64,000 bases of DNA from a bacterium (GCA_963555815.3 CAUVWX020000002.1:544001-608000), one strand, 5' to 3'. Counted from the stretch's first letter, positions 32,575-43,352 are shown. Numbers and translations: made by a program. Notes: generated by a model from the sequence alone, not told the origin.

Positions 32575-33966
32575 TCACGCCTCATGGGGATAGAGGCTCC
32601 CGGTGGCCAGGATCTCCTCCAAGGGGTGCCAGTGCTCTCTGAGCTCTCCGACCAGGAAAAGGGAGCCGGTGACACAGATGAGGTCTTCCTGGCCGGCTGC
32701 GTTCAGGGCCGCATCCAGGGCGTCAAAGGGGTCCAGGAAGACCCCGGCCACCGGGGCGAACTTCCCGCAGAGTTGGGCGAGCCTCTCAGGAGGACATGGC
32801 GGCCGCGGGGGGGAAGTGGGGCGCGTCACGAAGACTCCGGCGCTCCCCGGGGCCAGGACTCTTGCGATCCCCTCGACGTCTTTGTCGCCGAGGACGCCCA
32901 GGACCAGGTAGCGACGCTTGGGTGAGAAAAGGTTTAGAGCTTCTCGAAAGGCCGATGCCTTGTCGAGGTTATGGGCCCCGTCCAGGATGACCCGGGGGGC
33001 CTCCTGGACGCACTCCATTCGGCCAGGGAGCCTGGCCCCCAGAAGCCCTCGGCGGATGGCCGAAGCCGGAAGACCGAGGAGCTGGGCGGCCGCAGCGGCA
33101 AGGGCCCCATTTTGAGCCTGATGGGCTCCCCCCATTTTTAGTTCGAGCCCTCGCATGGGCTCAAGCCCACAGGCCTCCAGATGAAACCGTGTGCTTGACG
33201 GCGTTGTCCCCTCAAGGGCCACCCCCTCCGCCAGGGAGAAGAGCCTGGCGCCTCGGCTGGCACAGGTCGCCTCGATGACCTTTCGGGCGGGGCCCTCCTT
33301 CACGCCAGTCAAGACCAGTCCACCGGGTTTAATAATCCCCGCCTTTTCTTTAGCGACCTCTTCCTCGGTCTTTCCCAGGATATCTGTGTGATCCAGTCCA
33401 ATGTTGGTGATGACGGTGATCGCGGATCTCGGGAAGACGTTGGTGGCATCCAGGCTTCCCCCGAGTCCCACCTCGAGGATAGCCCGTCGGCACCCCTCTT
33501 CATAAAAGCAGAGGAGGGCAAGCCCCAGCGTCGCCTCAAAATAGGAGGGGATCCCAAAGGGGCCCTCCCGATGCGCCCGAAGAAGGGTGGGCTTGAGCGT
33601 CTGGACGAGCTCCACCAGCCGGGACGCCTGGACCATCCGGCCGTCTATCCAGATGCGCTCCAGAAGAGTCGTCACATGAGGGGAGAAGAAGGCCCCGGTG
33701 GGGCCGACCTTCGGGGCCTCCCTGAAGATGGAAGCCAGCATGGCGCAGACGGAGCCTTTGCCGCTCGTCCCACCCACATGAATGACCTCGAGTCCATCGA
33801 AGGAGAGACCCATGGAGTCCAAAAAATCCTCCATCCGCCTGAGACCAATGACAAAAGGTCTCCCCTTTCCAGCCGGGTAGTCCCGGTGGTCATGCTGGAC
33901 CAGGTCCGAGAGGGAATCCAGCCAGCGGATCGTGCGGTGATAGTCGAGAAAGGGCCTGGAACTCAT
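32575..33966 (-). CDS. folC: Folylpolyglutamate synthase/dihydrofolate synthase
   Basis: HVGGTSGKGS, SPH, EVGLGGSLDATN, LDGAHN, TGSLFLVG. Confidence 0.93.
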   Translation of the reverse strand: MSSRPFLDYHRTIRWLDSLSDLVQHDHRDYPAGKGRPFVIGLRRMEDFLDSMGLSFDGLEVIHVGGTSGKGSVCAMLASIFREAPKVGPTGAFFSPHVTTLLERIWIDGRMVQASRLVELVQTLKPTLLRAHREGPFGIPSYFEATLGLALLCFYEEGCRRAILEVGLGGSLDATNVFPRSAITVITNIGLDHTDILGKTEEEVAKEKAGIIKPGGLVLTGVKEGPARKVIEATCASRGARLFSLAEGVALEGTTPSSTRFHLEACGLEPMRGLELKMGGAHQAQNGALAAAAAQLLGLPASAIRRGLLGARLPGRMECVQEAPRVILDGAHNLDKASAFREALNLFSPKRRYLVLGVLGDKDVEGIARVLAPGSAGVFVTRPTSPPRPPCPPERLAQLCGKFAPVAGVFLDPFDALDAALNAAGQEDLICVTGSLFLVGELREHWHPLEEILATGSLYPHEA

Positions 33967-34006
33967 CCCGGGCCTTCCCTGAATCGAAGCACAATGAATG
34001 GCGGCC

Positions 34007-35590
34007 TTAATGGCGAAAATGTCTCATCCGGGTGAGGACCATCACGATCCCCGCCTCGTCTGCGGCCCGGACGACCTCCTCATCGCGGATGGAGCCGCCG
34101 GGCTGGACGATGGTTTTAATACCGGCCCTGGCGGCCTCGTCAACCCCGTCCCGAAAGGGGAAAAACCCGTCGGAGGCAAGGGCAGCGCCCGACAGAAGGC
34201 GTTCATGTCTCTCCTGGGCCTTCCTGATGGAGAGCTTTACGGCGTCCACTCGACTCATCTGTCCGGCCCCGATCCCAATGGTAGCCATGCCTCCCTCCGG
34301 GACCCTGGCGGCCAGGACGATGGCGTTGGACTTCACGTGCTTTGAAACCTGCCAGACAAATTCAAGGAGGGAAAGGGCCTCAGGAGATGGTTTCTGACGG
34401 GTGGGAATTTCCGCCCCTTTGAGGTCGACATCTCCCCGGTCACACTCCTGAAGGAGGAGGCCCCCGAGAACAGATCGCAACTCTGTTCTCTCTTCACCCA
34501 ATGGCCCGTCTGCCAGACCCGGGAGACGGAAGATTCTCAGATTTCGCTTCTTTCGGATAACCTTCAGGGCTGCGGGCGCAAAATCCGGCGCCGCCAGGAC
34601 CTCAAGAAAGCCCTCTGCCAGAATCTTCGCCCCCTCCTCCTCAAGCGGCCGGTTCACAGCCACCACGCCCCCATAGGCCGAAACTGGATCGCAGTTGAGC
34701 GCGTGGCGAAGGGCGGGGGTCGGGCCTTCGGCCGTTGCCGCCCCACAGGGGTTCCCGTGTTTAATGGCGGCGGCAGAAGGCCTCTGAAACTCCCGAACCA
34801 GAGAGACGGCGGCATCCAGATCGAGGAGGTTATTGTAGGAAAGCTCTTTTCCCCCCAGAAGCTCCCCATCTGCCAGAGAGAGGCCAGGCCCCTCGGTCCG
34901 GTACCAAGCCCCCGCCTGGTGAGGGTTTTCGCCGTAGCGAAGAAGACTGAGTCTTTGGAAACCCAGTGAGAGGACATCAGGGAGAGGATCTTTTGCCCCG
35001 GCGAGGACCTGGCCGATCAGGGCGTCGTAGGCCGAAATCTTCTGAAAGGCCTTCGCCGCAAGGCGCCTTCTCACTTCTAAGGGTGGACCCGCTGGCCCTT
35101 TTTTGAGATGGGCCATGACCTCGGAGTAATCGTCAGGCTCTGAGAGGACGAGGACTCGAGAATGATTTTTCGCCGCCGCTCGAAGGAGGGAAACCCCGCC
35201 GATATCAATGAACTCCAGGAGCTCCTCTGTGAGGGGGTTTTTATGGCCGGCCCGCAAAAACTCCTCGGCCTTCTCCTGAAATGGATAGAGGTTGACGGCG
35301 ATGAGGTCGATGGGAGGAAGATCTTGTCCCGGGCCTTTAGGCTCTTGCTCCCTTCGGTGAAGGATGCCCCCAAAAATCTTGGGGTGGAGAGTCTTTACCC
35401 TTCCCCCAAGGATCTCGGGCTCCCCTGTGAAGTCGGAGACCCTGCTCACCTCAAGACCTGAGGATTCTAAAAGTTTATACGTCCCCCCTGTCGAGACGAC
35501 CTCCGCCCCGTGGTCCACAAGGGCCCGGGCGAGGTCCACGACCCCTCTTTTGTCATAGACGCTGAGGAGCGCCCTCTGAACCCAGCTCAA
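34007..35590 (-). CDS. purH: Bifunctional AICAR transformylase/IMP cyclohydrolase
   Basis: ALLSVYDK, GGRVKTLHP, LRYGENPHQ, KHGNPCG, C-terminal RHFRH. Confidence 0.97.
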   Translation of the reverse strand: MSWVQRALLSVYDKRGVVDLARALVDHGAEVVSTGGTYKLLESSGLEVSRVSDFTGEPEILGGRVKTLHPKIFGGILHRREQEPKGPGQDLPPIDLIAVNLYPFQEKAEEFLRAGHKNPLTEELLEFIDIGGVSLLRAAAKNHSRVLVLSEPDDYSEVMAHLKKGPAGPPLEVRRRLAAKAFQKISAYDALIGQVLAGAKDPLPDVLSLGFQRLSLLRYGENPHQAGAWYRTEGPGLSLADGELLGGKELSYNNLLDLDAAVSLVREFQRPSAAAIKHGNPCGAATAEGPTPALRHALNCDPVSAYGGVVAVNRPLEEEGAKILAEGFLEVLAAPDFAPAALKVIRKKRNLRIFRLPGLADGPLGEERTELRSVLGGLLLQECDRGDVDLKGAEIPTRQKPSPEALSLLEFVWQVSKHVKSNAIVLAARVPEGGMATIGIGAGQMSRVDAVKLSIRKAQERHERLLSGAALASDGFFPFRDGVDEAARAGIKTIVQPGGSIRDEEVVRAADEAGIVMVLTRMRHFRH

Positions 35591-35614
35591 GGGGATATTC
35601 TCTCCTATAGGACC

Positions 35615-36820
35615 CTACACCGTGTCGGCCCGGTAGCCTTCATCGGCCAGGCGCTCCAGCAGCTGGTCCAGATGGTCCCAGCCCCTGACCTCGACATGGA
35701 GCTCGACCAGGGTCTGCCCCACAGGGAGGTCCGGGCGGGTCCGGTCATGCTGAATGTGGAGGATGTTAGCACGGGCGGCCCCCAACACCTTCCCGAGCCG
35801 GCCCAGGGTGCCCGGGTGGTCTGAAAGCTCGACCCGGATTCTGGCGAAGCGGCCGGACCGGACGAGTCCCCGCTCAATGACCCGGGAGAGGAGATTGACA
35901 TCTACATTTCCGCCGCTCACGAGGAGGAGAACAGGGTCGTCGCCGGGGATCTTGCCGTCCAGGAGGGCCGCCAGTCCCACCGCCCCCGCCCCTTCCACCA
36001 CCGTCTTCTCCCGCTCGAGGAAGGTCAGGATGGCCTGGGCGATGGTGTCTTCATCAACCGCCACGATGGCATCGACCCATTGGGTGATGAGGGCAAAAGC
36101 CTGCTCTCCCACGCGGCGGACCGCGATACCGTCGGCCATGGTATGAGAGAAAGAGGTCTCCACACGTTCTCCCGACCGAAAGGAGAGGGCGGGGCTCGGG
36201 GCCTCTGCGGCGCACACACCGATCACCCGCACATCCGGGCGCTCTATCTTCAGGGCGAGGGAGACCCCCCCGATAAGTCCTCCCCCACCGACGGGGACCA
36301 CGACGCTCCCCACCTCCGGGGCCTCCTTCAGGATTTCGAGCCCCACTGTCCCCTGCCCCGCGATGACCGCTTCGTCGTCAAAGGCGTGAAGGAACACCCT
36401 TTCCTCCTCGGCCGCCAGAGAGAGGGCGCGATCGAAGGCCTCCTCATAGGTCGCCCCGGCGAGAAGGGTCTTCGCCCCCCCCTCCCGCAGCCCCTGAAGC
36501 TTTGCCTGAGGGGTCTCCTCTGGCATGACGATGAGGGCCGACGTGCCAAAGGCCAACGCCGCCTGCGCCACCCCCCGGGCGTGGTTCCCAGCCGAGGCCG
36601 CGACGACCCCCCGAGATCGCTCGGCGGGCGAAAGGGTGGCCATCCGGTTGAAGGCCCCGCGAATCTTGAAGGACCCCGTCACCTGGCGATGTTCGGGCTT
36701 CAGGTAGACCGGGCGGCGGCAAAGGGTCGAAAGCTCATGGGCCCTCTCAACGGGGGTCGGCCGAAGAACCTCCTTGAGGCGTTCGGCCGCCGCATAGATG
36801 TCATCGGGAAAGGTCACCAA
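35615..36820 (-). CDS. ilvA: Threonine ammonia-lyase with one ACT domain
   Basis: TGSFKIRGA, ASAGNHA, PVGGGGL, SGGNVD, C-terminal ACT domain. Confidence 0.92.
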   Translation of the reverse strand: MVTFPDDIYAAAERLKEVLRPTPVERAHELSTLCRRPVYLKPEHRQVTGSFKIRGAFNRMATLSPAERSRGVVAASAGNHARGVAQAALAFGTSALIVMPEETPQAKLQGLREGGAKTLLAGATYEEAFDRALSLAAEEERVFLHAFDDEAVIAGQGTVGLEILKEAPEVGSVVVPVGGGGLIGGVSLALKIERPDVRVIGVCAAEAPSPALSFRSGERVETSFSHTMADGIAVRRVGEQAFALITQWVDAIVAVDEDTIAQAILTFLEREKTVVEGAGAVGLAALLDGKIPGDDPVLLLVSGGNVDVNLLSRVIERGLVRSGRFARIRVELSDHPGTLGRLGKVLGAARANILHIQHDRTRPDLPVGQTLVELHVEVRGWDHLDQLLERLADEGYRADTV

Positions 36821-36974
36821 TGTCCTCGCCTCTAAAAATCAGGGCGGACAGCGCCCTTCTTGAAATCCTGTGTCGTTCGGTTAAGTATAATGCCACTTCT
36901 TGTCCCTCTTGAGTAGACGAGCGGGGGGGCAGTTGAGGGGGGGTGCCTGATGGGCGCCCTTGGAGATGGGGACC

Positions 36975-37634
36975 ATGCGAAAGAAGGCTCGGAATTCCTT
37001 CTGCTTCTCCGGGTGCTTTGAGCTCCGGGAGATCCTGGGGAAGGCGGCCTGGGACACGAGGGAGCTCCTGGAATTCTTGGAGGAGGTCCCCGAGGATTCC
37101 GTCTATTACCACACCCACAGCTATTTCCTGCGCCATCCCTATATCGCAGGTTTCTATCCCAATGATTTCGCTCATTGGGCAGCCACTCAGGTGGGAGACA
37201 AGGTGCTGGCGGAGCGTCTGGCCGTTCTCCTTCCCCGCGATTTTCTTGACCTGGAAGGCCTGCGAAACGCCATGCTCAACGTCCTGGACCAACACCTCTC
37301 ACACCTCGACCTCGTCTCGCGGGTCGCCTATGGGGAAGCCTTTCATTTTATGCGGTCCACAATGCGCAAGGTGGATACAGGCCTTGAGGCACGGAATCTG
37401 AAGACCTTCCGGGAGATCCTGGCGGGTGTGGACCTCAGCGTCATCTTTTTCCATACCTTTGAAGCCTGGTTCCGCCACGGGCGCATGGAAGGAGATTTCG
37501 CCATCTGGCTCGATGAGGAGCTGGGCCTGAGGGAGCTCCGCCAGCGGATTGCCCAGTTGGACCCTTACGCCATGAGCCTGGAGGGATACCGAAAGAGGCT
37601 CCTCGCCCTCTGTGACGAATACAGGAAGGCTTGA
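36975..37634 (+). CDS. DUF5752-like protein associated with trehalose synthase TreT
   Basis: Duplicated motif SVYYH...NDFAHW / SVIFFH...GDFAIW; translationally coupled to the treT-like gene. Confidence 0.7.
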   Translation: MRKKARNSFCFSGCFELREILGKAAWDTRELLEFLEEVPEDSVYYHTHSYFLRHPYIAGFYPNDFAHWAATQVGDKVLAERLAVLLPRDFLDLEGLRNAMLNVLDQHLSHLDLVSRVAYGEAFHFMRSTMRKVDTGLEARNLKTFREILAGVDLSVIFFHTFEAWFRHGRMEGDFAIWLDEELGLRELRQRIAQLDPYAMSLEGYRKRLLALCDEYRKA

Positions 37635-37639
37635 CAGGG

Positions 37640-38855
37640 ATGGCCATCGATCTTGAGCAGTATCGGGAGGTGACCCTGCCGGGGACCGTGGATCTCCTCT
37701 ACCGGCTGAGCGATGCCGCCCGGGGAAAAAGCTTCCTCCGCGTGAACTCCACGCGCCATGGAGGCGGGGTGGCGGAGATCCTCCACCGCCTGGTCCCCCT
37801 CCTTCAGGAGCTCGGGATAAAAACCCGTTGGGAGGTCATGGAGGGAGATGAGGAATTATTCTCCGTCACCAAACGCATGCACAATTGCATTCAGGGGGCG
37901 GAGCAGACCATCCCGGAGTCTCTGCTGAAGGCCTACTCGGCATGCAACCGGCGCAACATTGCCCGGATGGATCTGAGGGCCGACATGGTCTGCATCCACG
38001 ACCCTCAGCCGGCGGCCCTCGTGGAGGGACGTCGGGGCCGCGACCGCTGGCTGTGGCGCTGCCACATTGATTGCTCCCGCCCTCAGCGTCGCACATGGAA
38101 TTTCCTCCGCCAGTTCGTCGTCCGCTACGACGCCGCCATCTTCTCCCTGCCCAGATTAGCTCATTCCCTTCCCATCCCTCAATTTCTCGTCTATCCCACC
38201 ATCGACCCCCTCAGCGACAAAAACCGGCCTCTCTCTAAGCGGGAGGTGAACAAGCGGCTTAAGGCGCTCGGCATCCCCCAGGATAAGCCCATCGTCCTTC
38301 AGGTCTCCCGCTTCGACCGTTTTAAGGACCCTATCGGCGTTATCTCGGCCTTCCAGAAGGTCCGAGGGCACACTGACTGCAGACTGGTGCTGGCGGGCGG
38401 AGGAGCCGAGGACGACCCTGAGGGGCGCTCAGGTCCTCACGGAGGTCAAAGAGGCCGCGGGAGAGGATCCTGACATTCACATCCTTGTCCTCCCCCCTTC
38501 GGCTCACCTAGACATCAATGCCCTTCAGCGGGCAGCTGCGCTGGTCCTACAGAAGTCGACCCGAGAAGGGTTCGGCCTCACCGTCACCGAGGCCTTATGG
38601 AATGGAAAACCCGTCATCGGAGGGGCCACGGGGGGGATCATGGTCCAGGTCATACCGGGTGTGACCGGGTATCTCGTCAACTCCGTGGAGGGGGCCGCCT
38701 TCTACATCCGAAAACTCTTGAACGACCCTTCCCTCTGCCGCACCTTGGGAGAAAACGCCAGAGAATACGTTCGAAGTAACTTCCTGATCACCCGTGTCCT
38801 GGGAGACTATCTCATCCTGATGACTTCTTTGAAGCAAAAATCCCGGAAACGTTAG
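37640..38855 (+). CDS. treT: Trehalose synthase TreT-like GT4 glycosyltransferase; +1 frameshift at 38422-38425
   Basis: NSTRHGGGVAEIL, HDPQP, WRCHID, VSRFDRFKD. Removing one G after DDPE restores AQVLTEVK...QKSTREGFGLTVTEALW and joins ORF 38640-38855 (~404 aa). Confidence 0.85.
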
Positions 38856-38951
38856 GGGTCCGCTTTTGCCCTGTGTCGTTGGCCCCTGTCGAATAACGGG
38901 ATTTTTCAAAGAGGTGCCTAAAGATCGGTCGGCCTGTTGAATGCTAAAAAA

Positions 38952-39016
38952 TATCAGTAGGTTCCTTTCCTTTTCCCCAGCTTTATCCCCAGGTAATCCA
39001 CAGCAAACGGGGAAAA
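38952..39016. promoter_or_regulatory. Cluster of DnaA-box-like 9-mers with IHF-like site
   Basis: TTTTCCCCA (38971), TTATCCCCA (38983), TAATCCACA (38994), reverse CGGGGAAAA (39008); TATCAGTAGGTTC at 38952. Confidence 0.5.
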
Positions 39017-39255
39017 CACCGAAAACCCAAGGGTTCGGAAGGTCTTAGAGGAAGGAACATCACGTCCCATATTGAGGATGGAGTCCACCACAAAAACTGT
39101 TCTAGACCTCTCTGCCAGAGGCGGGTGAGAGTTCCTGGATACCGAGGATGGATCTGCCGGAATCGAAGTTTGGGCGCTGTTTGAACCGCCAGATCGCGAA
39201 ATCTGTCTACCCCCTGTCTACCCCAAGGTGCGGGAGGAATTCGCCCCCGGCTACA

Positions 39256-39284
39256 TTGACAGCGGACGGCAGCCTTTCTATATT
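39256..39284 (+). promoter_or_regulatory. Sigma70-type promoter of leuA
   Basis: TTGACA-17 nt-TATATT. Confidence 0.65.
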
Positions 39285-39352
39285 CTGAGGGTTACGGAGC
39301 TTTCGATAAATCTCCGCGCCAGGAAATGTGGTCCTGGCCAGAGGGAGGACGC

Positions 39353-40864
39353 ATGCGGGAGCAGGTTTACATCTTCGACACCACCCTTCGGGACGGAGAG
39401 CAGTCTCCCGGGGCCAGCATGGATGCCCAGGAGAAGCTCGATCTCGCTCTTCAGCTCGAAAGGCTCAAGGTGGATGTCATCGAGGCTGGCTTTCCCATCG
39501 CCTCTCAGGGAGAGTTTGAGGCCGTCCGCGAGGTCGCCCGGCATGTCAAGGACTGCCAAGTGGCGGGTCTGACCCGGACCCGGCGGGCGGAGATCGACCG
39601 GACCTGGGAAGCCCTAAAGGAGGCCGAGGCCCCCCGCATTCACACTTTTATCGCCACTTCGGACATTCACCTCCACCATAAGCTCCGGATGACTCGAGAG
39701 CAGGTTCTCTCCGAGGCCGTCGAGGCTGTCCGGCACGCCAGGAAATACTGTGAAAATGTGGAGTTCTCCCCGGAGGATGCCTCACGGACCAATGTGGACT
39801 TCCTCTGCGAAGTCATCCGGGCGACGATTGAGGCTGGGGCCAAGACCATCAACGTCCCAGACACAACAGGTTACGCGATCCCCGAGGAAACGGCCCAAAT
39901 GTGGCATTCCATCTTCGAGCGAGTGCCGATCCACGAAGGGGTTGTCTTCAGCACCCACTGCCATGACGACCTCGGCCTTGCCGTCGCCAACAGCCTTGCA
40001 GCCATCCAGGCGGGGGTCAGGCAGGTGGAATGCACAGTGAACGGGATTGGCGAGCGGGCCGGAAACGCCTCCCTGGAGGAGGTGGCGATGGCCATCAAAA
40101 CCCGGGAGGACTTTCTACCCTTTTTCACCCGCATCAAGTCCGAGGAGATCTACCGAACGAGCCGGCTTCTCAGTAGCCTGACCGGCCTCGCCATCCCCAG
40201 ACACAAGGCCATCGTCGGAAAGAACGCCTTCGCCCACGAGGCAGGCATCCACCAGCATGGGGTCATTCAGAAGGCCCTCACCTACGAGATCATGAGGCCC
40301 GAGTGGGTCGGGCGAAGTGACAGCACCCTGGTCCTCGGAAAACACTCCGGGCGCCATGGCCTTCGCAAACGATACAGTGAACTGGGGCATGAGCTCACAG
40401 AAGAGCAGCTGAACGAAATCTACCCCCGGTTTCTGAGGGTGGCCGACAAGAAGAAGGAGGTCTATGACGATGACCTCCTCGCCATCCTGTCGGACGAGCT
40501 GAAAACCCACGCACAAAGATTCCAGTTGGAGTACCTCCACATCACCAGTGGGAGCCACGCCGTCCCGACCGCCACCGTGAAGCTGAGGGACGGGGAGCGT
40601 GTCCTCATGGAGACGGGAAACGGAGATGGGCCCGTGGAGGCCACCTTCAACGCCATCTCGAGCATCACTCAGCTCCCAGGCAAGCTCATGGACTACTCTG
40701 TCCATTCCGTCACCCGGGGAAAGGAAGCCCTCGGGGAGGTCTTCGTGAAGGTAGATTTTGGCGGAAAGGTGACGGGAGGAAAGGGGGCCAGCACGGACAT
40801 CATCGAGGCCAGCGCCAAGGCGTACCTCGATGCTCTCAACAAACACTTGGCAGGCGGTCGTTGA
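39353..40864 (+). CDS. leuA: 2-isopropylmalate synthase
   Basis: [33 protein letters not shown], regulatory domain GDGPV. Confidence 0.95.
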   Translation: MREQVYIFDTTLRDGEQSPGASMDAQEKLDLALQLERLKVDVIEAGFPIASQGEFEAVREVARHVKDCQVAGLTRTRRAEIDRTWEALKEAEAPRIHTFIATSDIHLHHKLRMTREQVLSEAVEAVRHARKYCENVEFSPEDASRTNVDFLCEVIRATIEAGAKTINVPDTTGYAIPEETAQMWHSIFERVPIHEGVVFSTHCHDDLGLAVANSLAAIQAGVRQVECTVNGIGERAGNASLEEVAMAIKTREDFLPFFTRIKSEEIYRTSRLLSSLTGLAIPRHKAIVGKNAFAHEAGIHQHGVIQKALTYEIMRPEWVGRSDSTLVLGKHSGRHGLRKRYSELGHELTEEQLNEIYPRFLRVADKKKEVYDDDLLAILSDELKTHAQRFQLEYLHITSGSHAVPTATVKLRDGERVLMETGNGDGPVEATFNAISSITQLPGKLMDYSVHSVTRGKEALGEVFVKVDFGGKVTGGKGASTDIIEASAKAYLDALNKHLAGGR

Positions 40865-41016
40865 GAAAGCATGCGGCCCTAAAGCGGCGAACGAGACGGC
40901 CAGGAGCGGGCCCCCCCTCATCAAGGCGCGGCTCAGGCCCCGCGGCGCCCCCCCCCCCAGGAAGAGGCGTGTCTGGCTTGGAATTCCTGACATGACTCGC
41001 CTGGAACCGCGTCAGT

Positions 41017-41206
41017 TGTGGAAAAAAAGGGGTGGGGGTGAGAAAAAAGCCCTTCGGGAGGGTTGGAATTTTGCAACTATATGATTTTAAAAGCATTATT
41101 CCGTTGAACAAAAAATAGGCAATTCGGTTAAACTAAAGGAAAAATGAGGAGTTAGGAGCTATCGGGCCTAAGATTTCCGCAGGTTTTCCACAGGATCGGT
41201 GGAAAA
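41017..41206. promoter_or_regulatory. DnaA-box-like cluster with AT-rich tract and IHF-like site
   Basis: TGTGGAAAA (41017), ATTTCCGCA (41173), TTTTCCACA (41184), GGTGGAAAA (41198). AT-rich tract ~41065-41145. Reverse-strand AATCATATAGTTG at 41074-41086. Confidence 0.5.
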
Positions 41207-41210
41207 GAGC

Positions 41211-42350
41211 ATGCCCCTGAACGCAGACCGATTCAACGGTGCTCAGCCCGAGGAGCAGGCCCCGGAGCGGGTCGTCATCGCCATGAGTGGCGGTGTCGAT
41301 AGCTCGGTGGCAGCTGCCCTCCTCAAGCGGGAGGGAAGAGAGGTCATCGGAATCGGGATGCACCTTTGGAATTATGAAGAGGATCGCCTCGCCTTTGACT
41401 CCTGCTGCTCTCCCTACGATGTCCTGGATGCCAGGGCCGTGGCGGGGCGTCTGGGCATTCCTTACTATCTACAGAATTATGAAGAGAGTTTCCGAGAGGA
41501 GGTCGTCGGTTATTTCATCGGCGAATACCAGGCCGGAAGGACGCCCAATCCCTGCGTCGCCTGTAACCAGCGCTTCAAGTTCTCCCACCTGCTGAGACGG
41601 GCGAAGGAACTCGGGGCCGACCAGGTCGCCACGGGGCACTATGCCCGCGTCAAATGGCTTCCCAGGGAGGACCGCCCCGGTCTGGGGGGCCGGTTCGGCC
41701 TCTTTCGGGGCAAGGATCCAGTTAAGGATCAGAGTTATTTCCTCTTCAGTCTGAACCAGCCCCAGCTCGAAAGGGCCCTCTTTCCCGTAGGGGACCTCAC
41801 GAAGGAGGAGGTCAGGGAGCTTGGCCGGGAGCTTGGCCTGAAGACGGCCGAAAAGCCCGAGAGCCAGGATATCTGCTTTGTGGCCGGTGGAGACCATAGC
41901 CGCTTCATCGAGGAGCAGACAGGCGTGGCCTCGGCCCCCGGGCCCATTGTGGATCGGGCTGGCAGAACCCTTGGTCAACACCAGGGGCTCACCCACTACA
42001 CAGTGGGGCAGCGAAAGGGGCTTGGCGTCTCGGCGAAGGCACCCCTTTATGTCCTCGAGCTCGATGGAGCCCGAAATCAAGTCGTAGTCGGAGAAAAAGC
42101 AGACCTCGAGCGCTCGGTCTTCACTGTCCGGGGCGTCAACTGGATCGCACCTCCAGGTGAGGAGAGCGGAGGAACCCGCGCCTGGGTCCAGATCCGCCAC
42201 CACCACACCCCTCAGCCAGCCCAGCTCCTTCCCATTGCGGGAGGGCGAGTCCAGGTCGAGTTTGAGGCCCCTGAGCGGGGCATCGCCCCAGGCCAGGCCG
42301 CCGTCTTCTACCGGGAAGATGAGATATTGGGCGGGGGATGGATCGAATAA
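41211..42350 (+). CDS. mnmA: tRNA-specific 2-thiouridylase
   Basis: AMSGGVDS, TPNPCVACN, ATGHYA, KDQSYFL, ESQDICF, PGQAAVFY. Confidence 0.97.
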   Translation: MPLNADRFNGAQPEEQAPERVVIAMSGGVDSSVAAALLKREGREVIGIGMHLWNYEEDRLAFDSCCSPYDVLDARAVAGRLGIPYYLQNYEESFREEVVGYFIGEYQAGRTPNPCVACNQRFKFSHLLRRAKELGADQVATGHYARVKWLPREDRPGLGGRFGLFRGKDPVKDQSYFLFSLNQPQLERALFPVGDLTKEEVRELGRELGLKTAEKPESQDICFVAGGDHSRFIEEQTGVASAPGPIVDRAGRTLGQHQGLTHYTVGQRKGLGVSAKAPLYVLELDGARNQVVVGEKADLERSVFTVRGVNWIAPPGEESGGTRAWVQIRHHHTPQPAQLLPIAGGRVQVEFEAPERGIAPGQAAVFYREDEILGGGWIE

Positions 42351-42453
42351 AAGGGAAAAGAGACCCCAATAACGACTTTCTGAAACCCCTCGGTCAATTC
42401 CTCGTCTTAGCCCCGTCGAATCCTCAATCTCTTTAATCCACGCAAACTGGACC

Positions 42454-43308
42454 CTAGCGGCTGAGATTTTGGAGGAATCTCTCAGCGTCAGTCGCCTGGG
42501 TGCTTTCGATTCGACGATAGATCTCAAGGGCTTCTATCGCATACAGGATGGCTTGGTCTCTTGAGCCCAGGGCTTTGGCGAGGACGGCAAGGCTGAAGAG
42601 CGTCTCTGCAGCGCCGGGCTCGTCGCCAATCCTCCTTCGAATCTCCAGGCTTTCCCCGTAGAGCCTTTCGGCTTCGTCATAGCGCCCCAGATCCTTCGCA
42701 AGAGTGCTGAGGCCCATGAGGGTCGTCGCAACGCCGGACTCGTCGCCAATCCTCCTTGCGATCTGGATGCTCTGCTGGTAGAAGTCTTCGGCCTCGCCGT
42801 AGTGCACAAGTTTCCAAGCGATTATCCCGAGGCTGTTCAACCTTCTAGCGACGGCCGGTTCGTTGCCAAGTCTCCTCTCAATCGTCAGGCTCTCCTGGTA
42901 AAGCACCCTGGCCTCGAAATAGTTCCCCAGATTCTCGGCGGCAGCGCCTAACTGATTTAGGGCTGCGCTTCTCCCTCTCCCATCTCCCTTCTCCGTGACA
43001 AGGGAAAGGGCGCGTCGTCCCACCTCTTCGGCCTCTTCCCACCTCCCGTGCTTCCCCAGGGCTTCTCCAAGCCCTTGCCAGGCCTCGACAAGGTCCGGAT
43101 CAAGGTCTAGGGCCTGCCTGTAGAGGGAGATGGCCTCATCCCAGCGGTGGCGGCCATGCGCCTCGCGCGCCTTCGTTAGGAGGACACTCTTCTCTTCGTC
43201 AGAGAAGGAAAGGCGAAACCCATCGGGGAGCTCTCCCAACCGGCCCCCTTCAACAGGGAGCGTAGGGAGCGTCAGAAAGAGACTGAGAAAGAAAACGAAA
43301 AGGGGCAT
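42454..43308 (-). CDS. Exported tetratricopeptide repeat protein
   Basis: Hydrophobic N-terminus and 40-aa TPR-type repeats (A..LN.LG...Y.EA...Y.ESL.I.RR.GDE). Confidence 0.85.
   Translation of the reverse strand: MPLFVFFLSLFLTLPTLPVEGGRLGELPDGFRLSFSDEEKSVLLTKAREAHGRHRWDEAISLYRQALDLDPDLVEAWQGLGEALGKHGRWEEAEEVGRRALSLVTEKGDGRGRSAALNQLGAAAENLGNYFEARVLYQESLTIERRLGNEPAVARRLNSLGIIAWKLVHYGEAEDFYQQSIQIARRIGDESGVATTLMGLSTLAKDLGRYDEAERLYGESLEIRRRIGDEPGAAETLFSLAVLAKALGSRDQAILYAIEALEIYRRIESTQATDAERFLQNLSR
42599..42674 (-). repeat. 76-bp block shared (74/76) in inverted orientation with 48979-49054
   Basis: Direct comparison of the two TPR genes shows two mismatches. Confidence 0.85.
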
Positions 43309-43352
43309 GGGACCCCACCCTTATAGGAGAGAACCCTGAATCTTGGGGGACA

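Noticed and set aside
39285..39352. Leucine leader peptide or attenuator upstream of leuA
   Set aside because: No Leu-codon-rich short ORF or terminator is present between the promoter and the start.
39078..39572. ATG...GG-TGA-EFL frame running into ORF 39228-39572 as a possible small selenoprotein
   Set aside because: No recognisable family, poor RBS spacing, no convincing SECIS, and it overlaps the leuA promoter and coding start.
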